A stretch of 64,000 nt of DNA from a virus. A program made the translations under genes and the position numbers. The stretch lies in IMG/VR virus record IMGVR_UViG_3300023179_009503, positions 10,615 to 74,614 of that record; one strand, 5' to 3'. Shown one piece after another: positions 29,164-39,444 of this stretch; position 1 is the stretch's first letter, and the number at the start of each line of letters is the position of its first letter. The notes beneath the pieces were generated by a model that ran no database searches, was not told the origin of the DNA, and saw only the letters and a list, made by a program, of their open reading frames with translations.

Positions 29164-29861
29164 TAAGTATAAAGAATGCGCCAAAAAATATTTGTGGCTA
29201 CCGGGACATTATATCCTAAATTTACCCTAAAAGATAAATCGTTTATCGAGCTTCTATCTTGATTAATATCTGTAACGTAAGGAGCTGCTGATACACGAGA
29301 AGTTGCGGTACACAAAAAATGTAATGGTCTTAAAGACGTACTACTAAACTGGGTGTTATTTTGATAGAAGTTACTAATAATAATTATATCAAAAGGAGTA
29401 CCGGCATCAATAGTAGCAGTGCCATCATAATCAAAAACTCTCTTATATTGAGTGTTCTGCCATGCAGTTACATTGGGAATTATAGTTTGTGTTATTAAAT
29501 TGTATTCAGGAGAGCCGAGAACATAAGATGCTGTTGTTACTAAACCACCATTTAAAGTAAATCTATTGTAATATGCATTTGTACCGTAATAGCCCTTTAC
29601 ATTATTTGCATAATAGTTAACAGCTCTTACGTCATTTGATGCTGACAAAGTTGTAAATTGCGCAGTAGCTAGACCAGAGATTGTGCCTGCAACAGTAGCA
29701 TTGCCAGCAGCATCTGTCTTTACAACATTAAAGTCATTAAAAGTTATCGTACTGGTACCGCCGTCAGTTTGCACTATAAGTAAATCATTACCAAAAACTT
29801 GTTGCGTTTGTGGTAAATTACTAATATTGACGTAGTTGCTATTAGATGTATTGATTGCCAT
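29160..29861 (-). CDS. Virion fibre/appendage-like protein
   Basis: N/T/S-rich beta composition; ISNLP...DLLIV...T module; TATAAATA-N6-ATG. Confidence 0.6.
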   Translation of the reverse strand: MAINTSNSNYVNISNLPQTQQVFGNDLLIVQTDGGTSTITFNDFNVVKTDAAGNATVAGTISGLATAQFTTLSASNDVRAVNYYANNVKGYYGTNAYYNRFTLNGGLVTTASYVLGSPEYNLITQTIIPNVTAWQNTQYKRVFDYDGTATIDAGTPFDIIIISNFYQNNTQFSSTSLRPLHFLCTATSRVSAAPYVTDINQDRSSINDLSFRVNLGYNVPVATNIFWRILYTY

Positions 29862-29893
29862 CGTTATTATTTATATTAAAATAATAAAATTAT

Positions 29894-30691
29894 ATGGGTA
29901 AAATAGGTATAGGCATAGTTACATGTAATAGACCTTCTTTCTTTCTAAAATGTTTTAGATCAATACCTGATAATTATTTAATAGCAGTTGTCAATGATGG
30001 TTCAGATTTTGAAGATATTGATAAACTTCAAAAAGAAAAGAGCTTTACCTATTTTCATAATAACGTTAATTTAGGGGTAGGTAAATCAAAAAATATTTTA
30101 TTTAGATATCTATTAGATAGTGATTGTGATCATATTTTTATAATAGAAGATGATATAATTGTAAAAGACAAAACAGTTTTCGAAAAATATATACAAGCTA
30201 GTAAAAAAAGCGGATTACAACATTTTTTGTTCGGATATCACGGACCTGCAAATAGAGGTAACGTTTCAAAAGGTACACCTCAACCAAGATACATTATAGA
30301 CTACAAAGACTGTAAAATTGCATTTAATGCAAATTGTGTTGGTGCTTTTTGCTATTATTCACGCGATTCGCTAAAAAAAGTAGGTTTAATTGATGAAGAC
30401 TATATTAACGCGTTTGAGCATGTAGATCATAGCTATAGATTAGCTAAAGAAGGTTTTTGCACACCTTATTATCATTGGCCAGATTTAGCAAATAGCTATG
30501 AGCTGTTAGATGAAGTTGAATGCTCCGAAAAGAGCAGTGCAATAAGACCGAGAAATGATTGGATGGATAATATTAAAAAAGGCGCTATACTTTTTAAAGA
30601 AAAGCATAATTATTCACCAGCATGGCAAAACGCAGTACCAGATACACCTCCGGAAAAAGTGCTTACTTTTTTAAAAAAAATTAAACAATGA
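29894..30691 (+). CDS. Glycosyltransferase family 2
   Basis: IVTCNR, VVNDGS, NLGVGKSKN, IEDD, FEHVD. Confidence 0.88.
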   Translation: MGKIGIGIVTCNRPSFFLKCFRSIPDNYLIAVVNDGSDFEDIDKLQKEKSFTYFHNNVNLGVGKSKNILFRYLLDSDCDHIFIIEDDIIVKDKTVFEKYIQASKKSGLQHFLFGYHGPANRGNVSKGTPQPRYIIDYKDCKIAFNANCVGAFCYYSRDSLKKVGLIDEDYINAFEHVDHSYRLAKEGFCTPYYHWPDLANSYELLDEVECSEKSSAIRPRNDWMDNIKKGAILFKEKHNYSPAWQNAVPDTPPEKVLTFLKKIKQ

Positions 30692-31422
30692 AAATTGCAT
30701 TATTATTACCTACAAGAGAAAGACTTAATAATAAAATAAGCTTTATTATGTCTGCTCTTGCAAGATGCAAGGACCCTAGCAATTATAATTTATATCTAGG
30801 GTTAGATCCGGATGATCCTACTCTAGAACGATGCAAAAAAATTGCAAAAGGATTTACCAATTTAAAAATAGTTATAATACCGCCTAACCCTACCGGTAAA
30901 TTTAGTCTAGGTTATTTTTGGAATGTTTTAGCTAATAATTGTAATGAAGAAATAATTTCTATGTTAGGAGATGATTTTGTTTTCTCTACAGATAACTGGG
31001 ATGAAGAGATTTTAAATGAATTTAAAAATTGCCCTGATAAATTTAAACTCGTTTGTGGATTTGATGGGCATAGACGAGATGGTTTTGCTTCTTGGCTCTT
31101 TATTCACAGGTTTTACATGGAAAAGACAGGATACTTTATGAGAGAAGAGTTTTCACGCAATTGGATTGATCAATGGCTTGACAATATGTACTCAGCTTTT
31201 AATAGAAAAGTTTACAGAAAAGATATAACAATAACACACAATCACTGGGTATTTGGTTCTTCCAAGTTTGATAAAGTTGCAGAAAAATTACGTGAACATG
31301 AAGGTAAAGACAAAGAGTATTCAGATAAAATTTGGCCTGAACTATACAACGAAAGGATTAAGGAGGCAAAAATGTGGGAGCAGGTGTTAAATATAACGCC
31401 AGACCTAAGTAAAATACAATGA
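30688..31422 (+). CDS. Glycosyltransferase family 2-like
   Basis: LLPTRER, LDPDD, MLGDD, WIDQW, HNHW. Confidence 0.82.
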   Translation: MKIALLLPTRERLNNKISFIMSALARCKDPSNYNLYLGLDPDDPTLERCKKIAKGFTNLKIVIIPPNPTGKFSLGYFWNVLANNCNEEIISMLGDDFVFSTDNWDEEILNEFKNCPDKFKLVCGFDGHRRDGFASWLFIHRFYMEKTGYFMREEFSRNWIDQWLDNMYSAFNRKVYRKDITITHNHWVFGSSKFDKVAEKLREHEGKDKEYSDKIWPELYNERIKEAKMWEQVLNITPDLSKIQ

Positions 31423-32144
31423 AAAAAGTTGTTAGTTTTAGCCTTTATGGCTATGCAGATTATTACAGAAAAGGGGCTTTAAAAAATTTAGAGCTCTGTA
31501 AAATACATTACCCGGACTGGGAAGTCTGGATGTATGTGTCACCTACTATACCTAAAGAAATAGTTACAAGCTTAAAAGAAGGCGGAGCAAAAATTTATAT
31601 TGTAGAGGACGGCGATACACCGTTTTTTATGAACTATAGATATTTTCCTGCTTCCGATGAATCGGTAGATTATGCTATTTTTAGAGACACGGATTCACGT
31701 ATTGATGAAAGAGAGGCAGCTGCTGTAAATGAATGGATTAATAGTGGTAAGAGCCTTCATATTATGAGAGATCATCCATGGCATGGTCCTGCACCGCTTC
31801 ATCATATGATGCTAGGTGGTATGTGGGGTGTAAAATGCGATAAACTACGCGACGCAAAAGATATTATTCTCGCAAATAAAATTCCCTGTAATCATGGATA
31901 TGATCAATATCTTATTACCAAATATTTTTATCCCAAATTTACGGAAGATTATATTGCGCATGATGAATTTTTTGAAAAAACAAAATGGCCTCTACCACGT
32001 GTAAAGCGGTTTATACGGGCATTTAATAGAGAGATGTATCTATTTACTGGATGTCAGTACGACTGGGATGATCAGCCTCTTCACCCTGAACATTTAGCAA
32101 TGGTTGAAGATTATTTAAAACAGAATAATTTATTACCAGAATGA
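31419..32144 (+). CDS. Putative GT-A glycosyltransferase
   Basis: VVSFSLYG, RDTDSR (DxD), HIMRDHPWH, GGMWG, DQ. Confidence 0.65.
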   Translation: MKKVVSFSLYGYADYYRKGALKNLELCKIHYPDWEVWMYVSPTIPKEIVTSLKEGGAKIYIVEDGDTPFFMNYRYFPASDESVDYAIFRDTDSRIDEREAAAVNEWINSGKSLHIMRDHPWHGPAPLHHMMLGGMWGVKCDKLRDAKDIILANKIPCNHGYDQYLITKYFYPKFTEDYIAHDEFFEKTKWPLPRVKRFIRAFNREMYLFTGCQYDWDDQPLHPEHLAMVEDYLKQNNLLPE

Positions 32145-33013
32145 ATTTTCTTTTTATTCAAGAAGCCGGGAGGCATGAAGCTAATAAACATTTTAGAGAA
32201 AGCCTATGCTTAAAAAACTCTATTAATAGAATTCAAGGTCATTCTGCAGAAGTTTGGGGAATGAACTACCCAAAGTTTAATGAATTTGAGGAGTTAGAAA
32301 AATGGGCTGATGTTATTTTTATACTAGAGAATTATACACCCGATTGGCTTCCATTAGATAAAATTAGTAAAAGTAATAAGCTTAAAATTTATTGGAGTAT
32401 AGATAGTCATTGCGTACTGCCTATGCATATTGATGTATGTAAAAAATTAAAGCCCGATATACATTTAAATTCTACAGAATATTATCTGCAATATTTTAAT
32501 GATTTTTCAAAATATACATATTGGTTTCCTAACGCTTATCCTAGCGATTTAATTAAACCTATTAACAATGTAGATAAGAAATATGACTTCGGATTTTGTG
32601 GCAGCCTTCACAATGAAAGAAGGGACATTATGAATGCATTAGCTGAGTTTAACCCTAAGGTAGATAATTTTGTTATAGGTGATGATATGGTCAAAGCAAT
32701 TAACTCCTATAAAATTCATTTTAATAGAAATTTAGGTAATGACATAAATTATAGAACTTTTGAAACTTTAGGTTGTAAAACTTTTTTAATAACCAATCAC
32801 ACACCAGGGCTAGAAAAATTATTTGATATTGGTAAGGATTTAGTTACATGGGACAATATGAATGATTTGAAAGAAAAAATACGGTACTACCTTGACAACC
32901 CTAAATCGAGAGAAGAGATTGAAAATAAAGGATATGAAACAGTACTTAAAAAGCATACATATGATTCAAGAGCAAAGTACTTATTAAGAATAATTTCTGG
33001 AATTAGCAAGTAA
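32141..33013 (+). CDS. Glycosyltransferase, CgeB/Glyco_trans_1_2-like
   Basis: FCGS...R, KIHFN, NYRTFETLGC, HTYDSR. Confidence 0.85.
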   Translation: MNFLFIQEAGRHEANKHFRESLCLKNSINRIQGHSAEVWGMNYPKFNEFEELEKWADVIFILENYTPDWLPLDKISKSNKLKIYWSIDSHCVLPMHIDVCKKLKPDIHLNSTEYYLQYFNDFSKYTYWFPNAYPSDLIKPINNVDKKYDFGFCGSLHNERRDIMNALAEFNPKVDNFVIGDDMVKAINSYKIHFNRNLGNDINYRTFETLGCKTFLITNHTPGLEKLFDIGKDLVTWDNMNDLKEKIRYYLDNPKSREEIENKGYETVLKKHTYDSRAKYLLRIISGISK

Positions 33014-33031
33014 TTATATTATAATTAAAGC

Positions 33032-33622
33032 ATGATTTTAAAGGATATTAAAGTATACGACGGTAGTTTATTACACTCAAGATTTGCATATAGGTTTTTT
33101 AAAGAACGTACTCTACCGATTGGCAATGTTATTGCATTTAGAGCACCTATGAAGGTAGAGGCTGCTGGTATGATTGACAGTGAAGATATTATTAATAATG
33201 ATTTCATTTATAGTGATGATGCTATTAATTTTCTTTGGGAGATACCTAATTTAGATTCTTTTGGTGCAGTTGCTTGGCAGAGGCTTTTTAATACCCAGAT
33301 TGCAAATATTTTAAGTACAAAATACTTAAAAGCGCCTATTGAAGTTGATGGAGACGATCTAATTGTTCATAAAGAACATAGCCAAGGTGGAGTTACGCAA
33401 ACTAAAGGGAAATGTTCTGTTAGTATTACATATGTAAATAATAACATAGCTTTAGGCCATACCGGTATTAATATTGTAGCGGGTAAAAAAGCGCCGGCAT
33501 TTGCTTATTCTACTAATCTCACAAATGAACAAGCTGATGAATTTATGAAAGATATTATTGGGCTTTTTTATACTATGAACGATGATATTTTTATTGCTAC
33601 GTCAAAAGTTATTTGTAAATGA
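33032..33622 (+). CDS. DUF366-like protein (biotin/lipoate ligase-like fold)
   Basis: YDGSLL, IAFRAP, VDGDDL, GKCSVSI, HTGIN; family recalled from memory. Confidence 0.6.
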   Translation: MILKDIKVYDGSLLHSRFAYRFFKERTLPIGNVIAFRAPMKVEAAGMIDSEDIINNDFIYSDDAINFLWEIPNLDSFGAVAWQRLFNTQIANILSTKYLKAPIEVDGDDLIVHKEHSQGGVTQTKGKCSVSITYVNNNIALGHTGINIVAGKKAPAFAYSTNLTNEQADEFMKDIIGLFYTMNDDIFIATSKVICK

Positions 33623-33996
33623 CAATATTTGATCATATATCAAGTATTCTTTTCTTAAAAAAGAAAATAGTTTCAAATGTTGAAGAAGAAAGCGAATTTT
33701 CACCTTATTTAGTCAATAGATGGGCAAGCATGTATTCACCTTCAGTAGCTAGTGTCAGTAATGTAGTTAATAAATACCTTCAAGTCTTTAATAATAAAAA
33801 AGATCTGTTTAATCTTTTTTTAGCAGTTTTTCCAAAAGTTCAAAGTAAAAAAATAACTTACTTTAAAAGGCGTAAAGATGATGAAACTGACGAAATTGAA
33901 AATTTAGAGTTAATAGCAAAATACAGAGAAATAAGCAAGAGAGAAGTTTTAGATAATATTCAAACATTGAAAATGCTCAATACACAATTAAATTAA
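33619..33996 (+). CDS. gp62: Clamp-loader small subunit (gp62-like)
   Basis: FSPYLVNRWASM...LIAKYREIS..E pattern; size. Confidence 0.7.
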   Translation: MTIFDHISSILFLKKKIVSNVEEESEFSPYLVNRWASMYSPSVASVSNVVNKYLQVFNNKKDLFNLFLAVFPKVQSKKITYFKRRKDDETDEIENLELIAKYREISKREVLDNIQTLKMLNTQLN

Positions 33997-33999
33997 CAT

Positions 34000-34461
34000 A
34001 TGCCATTAGACATTGATACGCTGCCTACGCAAAAGAGTTTAATCGATTTATCAGAACTACCTAAAAATTCATTTAACTCAGTATTCTTTGGTTACAATCT
34101 TAAAACAGTTCTTGATGATGTGTTGTTAGTAAAATACGTTGACGAGACAGAAGATGGATCTTCGATAGTAAGAAACGGTATTGTAGTTCCTATTAATGCT
34201 GATACACGCGCTTGGAGAATTGGTGAAGTTATACTTTGCGGTCCAACAGCTAAACATGTAAATAAAGGTGATTACGTTTGTTTTCCCAACAATCTAGGCG
34301 TACCGGTAGCTAATCTTGATATCGATGGATACGGTACCCTTAAGAAAGGTTTATTTTTAAACGAGCAACGTATTTTCGGTATTTGTTCATTAAGAAAAGA
34401 TGATGAAAGCGTCGCTAGCCACATTAAAAAAACTTCTTCTAAACAACGTGGCAGAAATTAA
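34000..34461 (+). CDS. GroES-like co-chaperonin
   Basis: VLDDVLLVK...GIVVP...GEVILCGP...VNKGDYV. Confidence 0.75.
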   Translation: MPLDIDTLPTQKSLIDLSELPKNSFNSVFFGYNLKTVLDDVLLVKYVDETEDGSSIVRNGIVVPINADTRAWRIGEVILCGPTAKHVNKGDYVCFPNNLGVPVANLDIDGYGTLKKGLFLNEQRIFGICSLRKDDESVASHIKKTSSKQRGRN

Positions 34462-34777
34462 ATTTCTAAGGAAGAGACCACGGCCTGGCCTTCCTCCCAC
34501 GCGTAGAATGCTATGTACCAATTCGCTTCCTCTGCTCAACAGCCCTGAAGGGAGAATAGCTTTAAATTATAGAAGAGCTATTAATAGAGTAAAATATGAC
34601 CCAGATTCAAAAAATATTTTAATTACTTGGGACATACTTATGCAAGATTATAGGTGTATTAATATGGCAGCATGCGATCTTGTAAGTGTTATTCCAGTGC
34701 AGCAATTTTGGAAGTTTTTTAATGAAAAGCTGGCTCTTATGCCAGCTAACGAAAAAACGAGATTTATGAACTCATGA
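34400..34777 (+). CDS. WYL-like/DUF2693 protein
   Basis: EIKF.RK...RRMLCT...TWDI...YRCI pattern. Confidence 0.6.
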   Translation: MMKASLATLKKLLLNNVAEIKFLRKRPRPGLPPTRRMLCTNSLPLLNSPEGRIALNYRRAINRVKYDPDSKNILITWDILMQDYRCINMAACDLVSVIPVQQFWKFFNEKLALMPANEKTRFMNS

Positions 34778-35121
34778 CATCGCCATTAGAAATAGAAAAG
34801 GCTATTAGCGATCATCTTCAGAAAACTGTACAGTTTTCTATTGAAACAAAAATACTTAAAAAAGGTAAATTAATATTATTTTGTATAAAAGATTTCTTTT
34901 GTGTATTTACATTATTATGTGAAGAAAAAAAGAATAAAAGAATTATTTACGAAATACCTTACCCCTTTGATTTACAGGTAATGAACGATAAGCTTATTTT
35001 TGATTATACTTTAAATACATTTTGCAGAGTTAATAAAGAGTTATCAAAAGCTATAAGCTTATTGCCTATAAAAAAACCTGCTAAAATTTTTAATAAAAAA
35101 ATTACTATTACACCGCTTTAA
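34774..35121 (+). CDS. Hypothetical protein
   Basis: 115-aa ORF with ATGA overlap. Confidence 0.7.
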   Translation: MTSPLEIEKAISDHLQKTVQFSIETKILKKGKLILFCIKDFFCVFTLLCEEKKNKRIIYEIPYPFDLQVMNDKLIFDYTLNTFCRVNKELSKAISLLPIKKPAKIFNKKITITPL

Positions 35122-35151
35122 TTTTGCAAAATAGATATTATAATATAAGTT

Positions 35152-36783
35152 GTGTTTAGCAGATATTTACTACATTTTCCTAAAGAGTATAATCCGAGCT
35201 CACAGCAAGTTAAACTTATTAAAGGTGTGGAAAAAGCTTTTAATAATGGCAAGAAATTTGTAATTTGTTGTGCACCGACAGGGACAGGAAAGAGCTTTTT
35301 AGCTAAAACGTTATCTGGATTAAGTTCAGCCCCTACTGATAGATTCAAACATAACATTACCACATACTCTGCATATAAACAAGATTTTGCGGGTAATTAT
35401 ATTAACGAGGTCGATTGCCTGTCACAGCCACCTTTTGGTACATTTGCATTAACTATAACTAAATCATTACAAGATCAATATTTAAATTTATTTCCGGATA
35501 CAGATATCTTAAAAGGTAAAACAAACTATCTCTGTGACATCGATAATAATTTTGATGTAGAGACTGCTCCATGTGTACTTGTGTCAAAAATTAAAGATGA
35601 ATGCTGGGAGAAAAATAGATGTCCATATTATAATGCTAGAAATAGCGCACTATTATCGAAGTTTGCAGTTTTAAACTATAAGATGTTTATGACATTGCCA
35701 AGTCATGTTAAGAGAAAAAACTTTATAATATGCGATGAGGCTTCAGAGTTAGAAGATGAATTGATAAAAAGATTCTCTGCAGAAATTACATATGATAAAT
35801 TACGCAGCTACGGGGTAGAGTGTAGAACGTTAATAACTGATGATCGTAGTAAAATTCGTGCATGGATGTATGATTTATTGTTTAATATAAGCGAGCAAAT
35901 AAATGTATTAATTAATCGCGCTAATAAAAAACATAGAACATTATCACAGCCAGAAAAAATAAAAATGCAATACCTCAAGACTGTGCATAATTCACTTACA
36001 ACAGTTGACGGGCTTTGGCGCGATGTTGAATATATTATTGACAAAGACACTAAAAAAGTTACATTAACGCCTCTCAAAGCTGACAAATTAACAAAATTTA
36101 TTTTTGACTATGCAGATAATGTTTTACTAATGTCGGCTACAATTATTGATCATAAAAATTTTGCAAAAACTTTAGGTATTAAAGACTATGAGTATGTAGA
36201 GGTAGATAGTGATTTTGATCCCCAGAAATCACCAATTTACGTTTCATCAAAACATAAGTTAAATTATAAAAATCTTACCAATATATTACCACAGATTTGT
36301 GAACAAATAAAAGTTATAACAGAGCATCATAAGACAGAAAAAGGTATTATACATACTCATTCGAATGAAATAACAAAATTTATAAAAACAAAGTTAGCAA
36401 ATAATTCAAGATTTTTGTTTAGAGATGAAATCTCGAATAACGAAGATATATTAAAAGAGCACTATGATACTACGCAGCCCAGCGTTTTAGTATCTCCTTC
36501 GCTAGCTTTCGGTGTAGATCTTAAAGATCATCTTGCAAGATTTCAAATATTAGTAAAAATGCCTTATCCATCTCTTTCCTGTAAGCGTATTAAAAAAATG
36601 TTTGAAACAGACAAAAACTGGTATGAGAATAAAATGTTAAATGCGCTAGTACAAGCATGTGGACGTGCTACACGTAGTAAAAATGATTTTTCAACTACAT
36701 ATATACTTGATGGTAATGCTGTTAACGTTTTAAAAAGAACAAAAGATAAGTTACCAAAAACCTTTATTGACCGTATTTGTTAA
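35152..36783 (+). CDS. DinG/YoaA-family SF2 helicase
   Basis: Q motif, APTGTGKS, Cys cluster, CDEAS, MSATI, GVDL, QACGRATR. Confidence 0.9.
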   Translation: MFSRYLLHFPKEYNPSSQQVKLIKGVEKAFNNGKKFVICCAPTGTGKSFLAKTLSGLSSAPTDRFKHNITTYSAYKQDFAGNYINEVDCLSQPPFGTFALTITKSLQDQYLNLFPDTDILKGKTNYLCDIDNNFDVETAPCVLVSKIKDECWEKNRCPYYNARNSALLSKFAVLNYKMFMTLPSHVKRKNFIICDEASELEDELIKRFSAEITYDKLRSYGVECRTLITDDRSKIRAWMYDLLFNISEQINVLINRANKKHRTLSQPEKIKMQYLKTVHNSLTTVDGLWRDVEYIIDKDTKKVTLTPLKADKLTKFIFDYADNVLLMSATIIDHKNFAKTLGIKDYEYVEVDSDFDPQKSPIYVSSKHKLNYKNLTNILPQICEQIKVITEHHKTEKGIIHTHSNEITKFIKTKLANNSRFLFRDEISNNEDILKEHYDTTQPSVLVSPSLAFGVDLKDHLARFQILVKMPYPSLSCKRIKKMFETDKNWYENKMLNALVQACGRATRSKNDFSTTYILDGNAVNVLKRTKDKLPKTFIDRIC

Positions 36784-36794
36784 TAAATAATAGT

Positions 36795-37607
36795 GTGAAG
36801 AACCAAACGTTTCACTTTGAAATTAAAGATGTTCTAACGCAATTTGTTGCTGCGTTTGATAACATTATTATACGACGGTTTGATAAGAATAGAGAACCGC
36901 AAAACAGAGTACAAGTTAGATATGTTTATGCTCCAAAGCAAAGAGTTATTTACGATCTTGTAAATAAAGCTCAAAACTTAACAGTACCATGTGTTGCAGT
37001 TAATATCACTTCTGTTAGTAGAGATGAAAATAGAGTCTTTAATAAAAATAACGGTTTTTATATTACTCGCGGTGGTAAAGAAAATAATTACAAATTAACT
37101 TCTGATTACTACCGTACGCCTGTACCAGTTAACATTTCTATCTCTATGTCTATCTTAACAAAATTTCAAACTGACATGGATCAGATTATTTCAAACTTTG
37201 TACCATATACTAACCCTTACATTATTATTTCATGGAAAGTACCTGAAGATTTAGCTACAGGATTATTTTCTCCCAAACAAGAAATAAGAAGCGAAGTATT
37301 ATGGGATGGTAATATAGCTTTAAGCTATCCAACAGATATAAGCGCTAACGAAAAATATAGAATTGTAGGCGACACCACTTTTGTAATTAAAGGATGGTTA
37401 TTTCCATATGTTCAAAATCCTTATGGCAATATCTATTATATAGATGCAAACTTTAGATCATCATCAATAATCACTACGTACGACTCGCTTTCGGACAACA
37501 CATATTCTTGGCCTGTTAGTACAGGGCTTATTAATGAGATTGAAACAATATCTCTATCTGGCAATCCTCTAATAACAAATGTAGATTATACTAATTATAG
37601 TCCTTAA
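36795..37607 (+). CDS. gp15: Tail terminator/sheath stabiliser (gp15-like)
   Basis: FVAAFDNIII.R...V..VYAPK, PVPVNI...D.DQI...F; GTG start after TAAATA-N5. Confidence 0.8.
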   Translation: MKNQTFHFEIKDVLTQFVAAFDNIIIRRFDKNREPQNRVQVRYVYAPKQRVIYDLVNKAQNLTVPCVAVNITSVSRDENRVFNKNNGFYITRGGKENNYKLTSDYYRTPVPVNISISMSILTKFQTDMDQIISNFVPYTNPYIIISWKVPEDLATGLFSPKQEIRSEVLWDGNIALSYPTDISANEKYRIVGDTTFVIKGWLFPYVQNPYGNIYYIDANFRSSSIITTYDSLSDNTYSWPVSTGLINEIETISLSGNPLITNVDYTNYSP

Positions 37608-37621
37608 ATAATTAATACTTT

Positions 37622-39421
37622 ATGGCAGATCCAAATAGAGAGAGTTCATTCGGGAGAGAGTTAGTTAAGTTTATTTCCTCTAAACTACCTTACCAGTCTA
37701 TAGGCATTGAGGATCAAATAAACAAGCTCAATCCTAAGTATGAAGAATTTTTTAATAAGGGTACTAAAAGAGAAGAAGCTCTAGCAAGACAATCTGTTTC
37801 TTCTTCTCTTAGCTTTACTGATGATTTATACGCTAATGTAGTACAAAATAAAGACTACCATAACTTTATGTACGCAAATCTTCAGCCCGATAAGGGTAGA
37901 AGGTTGATGGATTATAGGGTTATGGCTGCTTTTGCAGAAGTAGCAGATGCGCTAGATGAAATTTGTGATGAATTTATTAACAAAGATGATAATGGCGATA
38001 TTGTTAAAGTACAATTTAAGTCCGCTACCCTTTCCGAAGATCAAAAAGAAAAATTAAAAAAAGAATTTCAAAAATATGTAGGTTTTTTTGATTTAGAGAA
38101 TAAAGGGTGGGAGTATTTAAGACAGCTTTTAGTAGATGCTGAGCTTTATTGGGAACATATTATACACAAAAAATATCCCGAAGAAGGTATTCTAGGTGTA
38201 GTAACAGTACCCCCGGATGTTATAGACCCTATCTTTGAAAATGTTCAAAATCAAATAGTGAGAGGGTATTTACTTAGAAAAAATATTTACGATGCAAAGA
38301 ATCCCGGTAAAGTAGCTAAAGTAGAGCTGGTACCAATGGATGTAAACCAAATTACATATATTAATTCAGGTATATGGAATGAAACAAAAACAGTTAGATT
38401 ACCGTTTATTGAAAATGCACGTAGAGCTTACAGACAGCTATCTTTAATTGAAGATGCAATAGTAATTTACAGGCTTGTAAGAGCTCCGGAACGACTCGTA
38501 TTTAACGTAGATGTTGGTAATATGGCCCCGCCTAAAGCGGAAGCCTACCTTCGTAAGTTAATGCAAAACTATTGGTCGCGTAGAACTTATGATGCAGATC
38601 AAGGCGCTTCTGTACAAAAATTTAATCCACAAAGTATGTTAGACAGCTTTTGGTTTGCAAAGCGTGCTGGTAGTACCGGAACTGAAGTCGTTCAACTCCC
38701 TGGAGGAGCGAATCTCGGTGAACTAACAGATTTAATGTATTTTGTACAGAAGCTTTATAAGTCTCTCAAGGTACCAGTTACTAGATTAAATGTAGAGGAT
38801 GTCTTTAAAGATGGTGTAGATATTTTGCGCGAAGAATTAAAATTTGCTAGATTTATAATTAGACAGCAACAACGATTTGCATCTGGATTAAAGAATGGAT
38901 TTATTACTCATCTTAAATTAAGAAAACTTTGGGAAGAATATAAATTAAGAGAAGTAGATATTGATCTGGTATTTAATGTTCCTACTAATTTCTACGAATT
39001 AAGAGAAAATCAAAAATTCCAGCTTAAAGCTGAAAACTTTAATAATATTACACAAAGTGATCTCGTGTCGAAGACATTTGCACAGAAAAAGTATCTTGGC
39101 TGGTCTGAGATTGATATTATGGCAAATAGAGAGTTTCTTAGAAAAGATAGAGAATTTTTATGGGAGTTAGATCAAATTTCTAATAGCGGTCCAAACTGGA
39201 GAGAACTAGGTGCTACTGCTCCTGGTAGTAGTGGCGCAGAAGAGCCCGGCGGCGGTGGGTTTGGTGGAGGCGCTGCAGCTGCAAGAACGCCTCCAGAATT
39301 CGGACCTGGCCCGGCAGGTGCAGGCGGGGCTACAGAAGCGCCTGTTGCTGGCGGTGAACCTGCAGCCGGCGGTGCTGCTCCTGCGGCAGGAGGAGCTCCT
39401 AGTGCAGGCCCTACAGCTTAA
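37622..39421 (+). CDS. gp20: Portal protein (gp20)
   Basis: EDAIVIYRLVRAPERLVFNVDVGNM, LPGG.NLG, LYKSLKVP..R, ILREELKF; Gly/Ala/Pro-rich tail. Confidence 0.96.
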   Translation: MADPNRESSFGRELVKFISSKLPYQSIGIEDQINKLNPKYEEFFNKGTKREEALARQSVSSSLSFTDDLYANVVQNKDYHNFMYANLQPDKGRRLMDYRVMAAFAEVADALDEICDEFINKDDNGDIVKVQFKSATLSEDQKEKLKKEFQKYVGFFDLENKGWEYLRQLLVDAELYWEHIIHKKYPEEGILGVVTVPPDVIDPIFENVQNQIVRGYLLRKNIYDAKNPGKVAKVELVPMDVNQITYINSGIWNETKTVRLPFIENARRAYRQLSLIEDAIVIYRLVRAPERLVFNVDVGNMAPPKAEAYLRKLMQNYWSRRTYDADQGASVQKFNPQSMLDSFWFAKRAGSTGTEVVQLPGGANLGELTDLMYFVQKLYKSLKVPVTRLNVEDVFKDGVDILREELKFARFIIRQQQRFASGLKNGFITHLKLRKLWEEYKLREVDIDLVFNVPTNFYELRENQKFQLKAENFNNITQSDLVSKTFAQKKYLGWSEIDIMANREFLRKDREFLWELDQISNSGPNWRELGATAPGSSGAEEPGGGGFGGGAAAARTPPEFGPGPAGAGGATEAPVAGGEPAAGGAAPAAGGAPSAGPTA

Positions 39422-39444
39422 CATTCAATTAAATAAATATTGAT

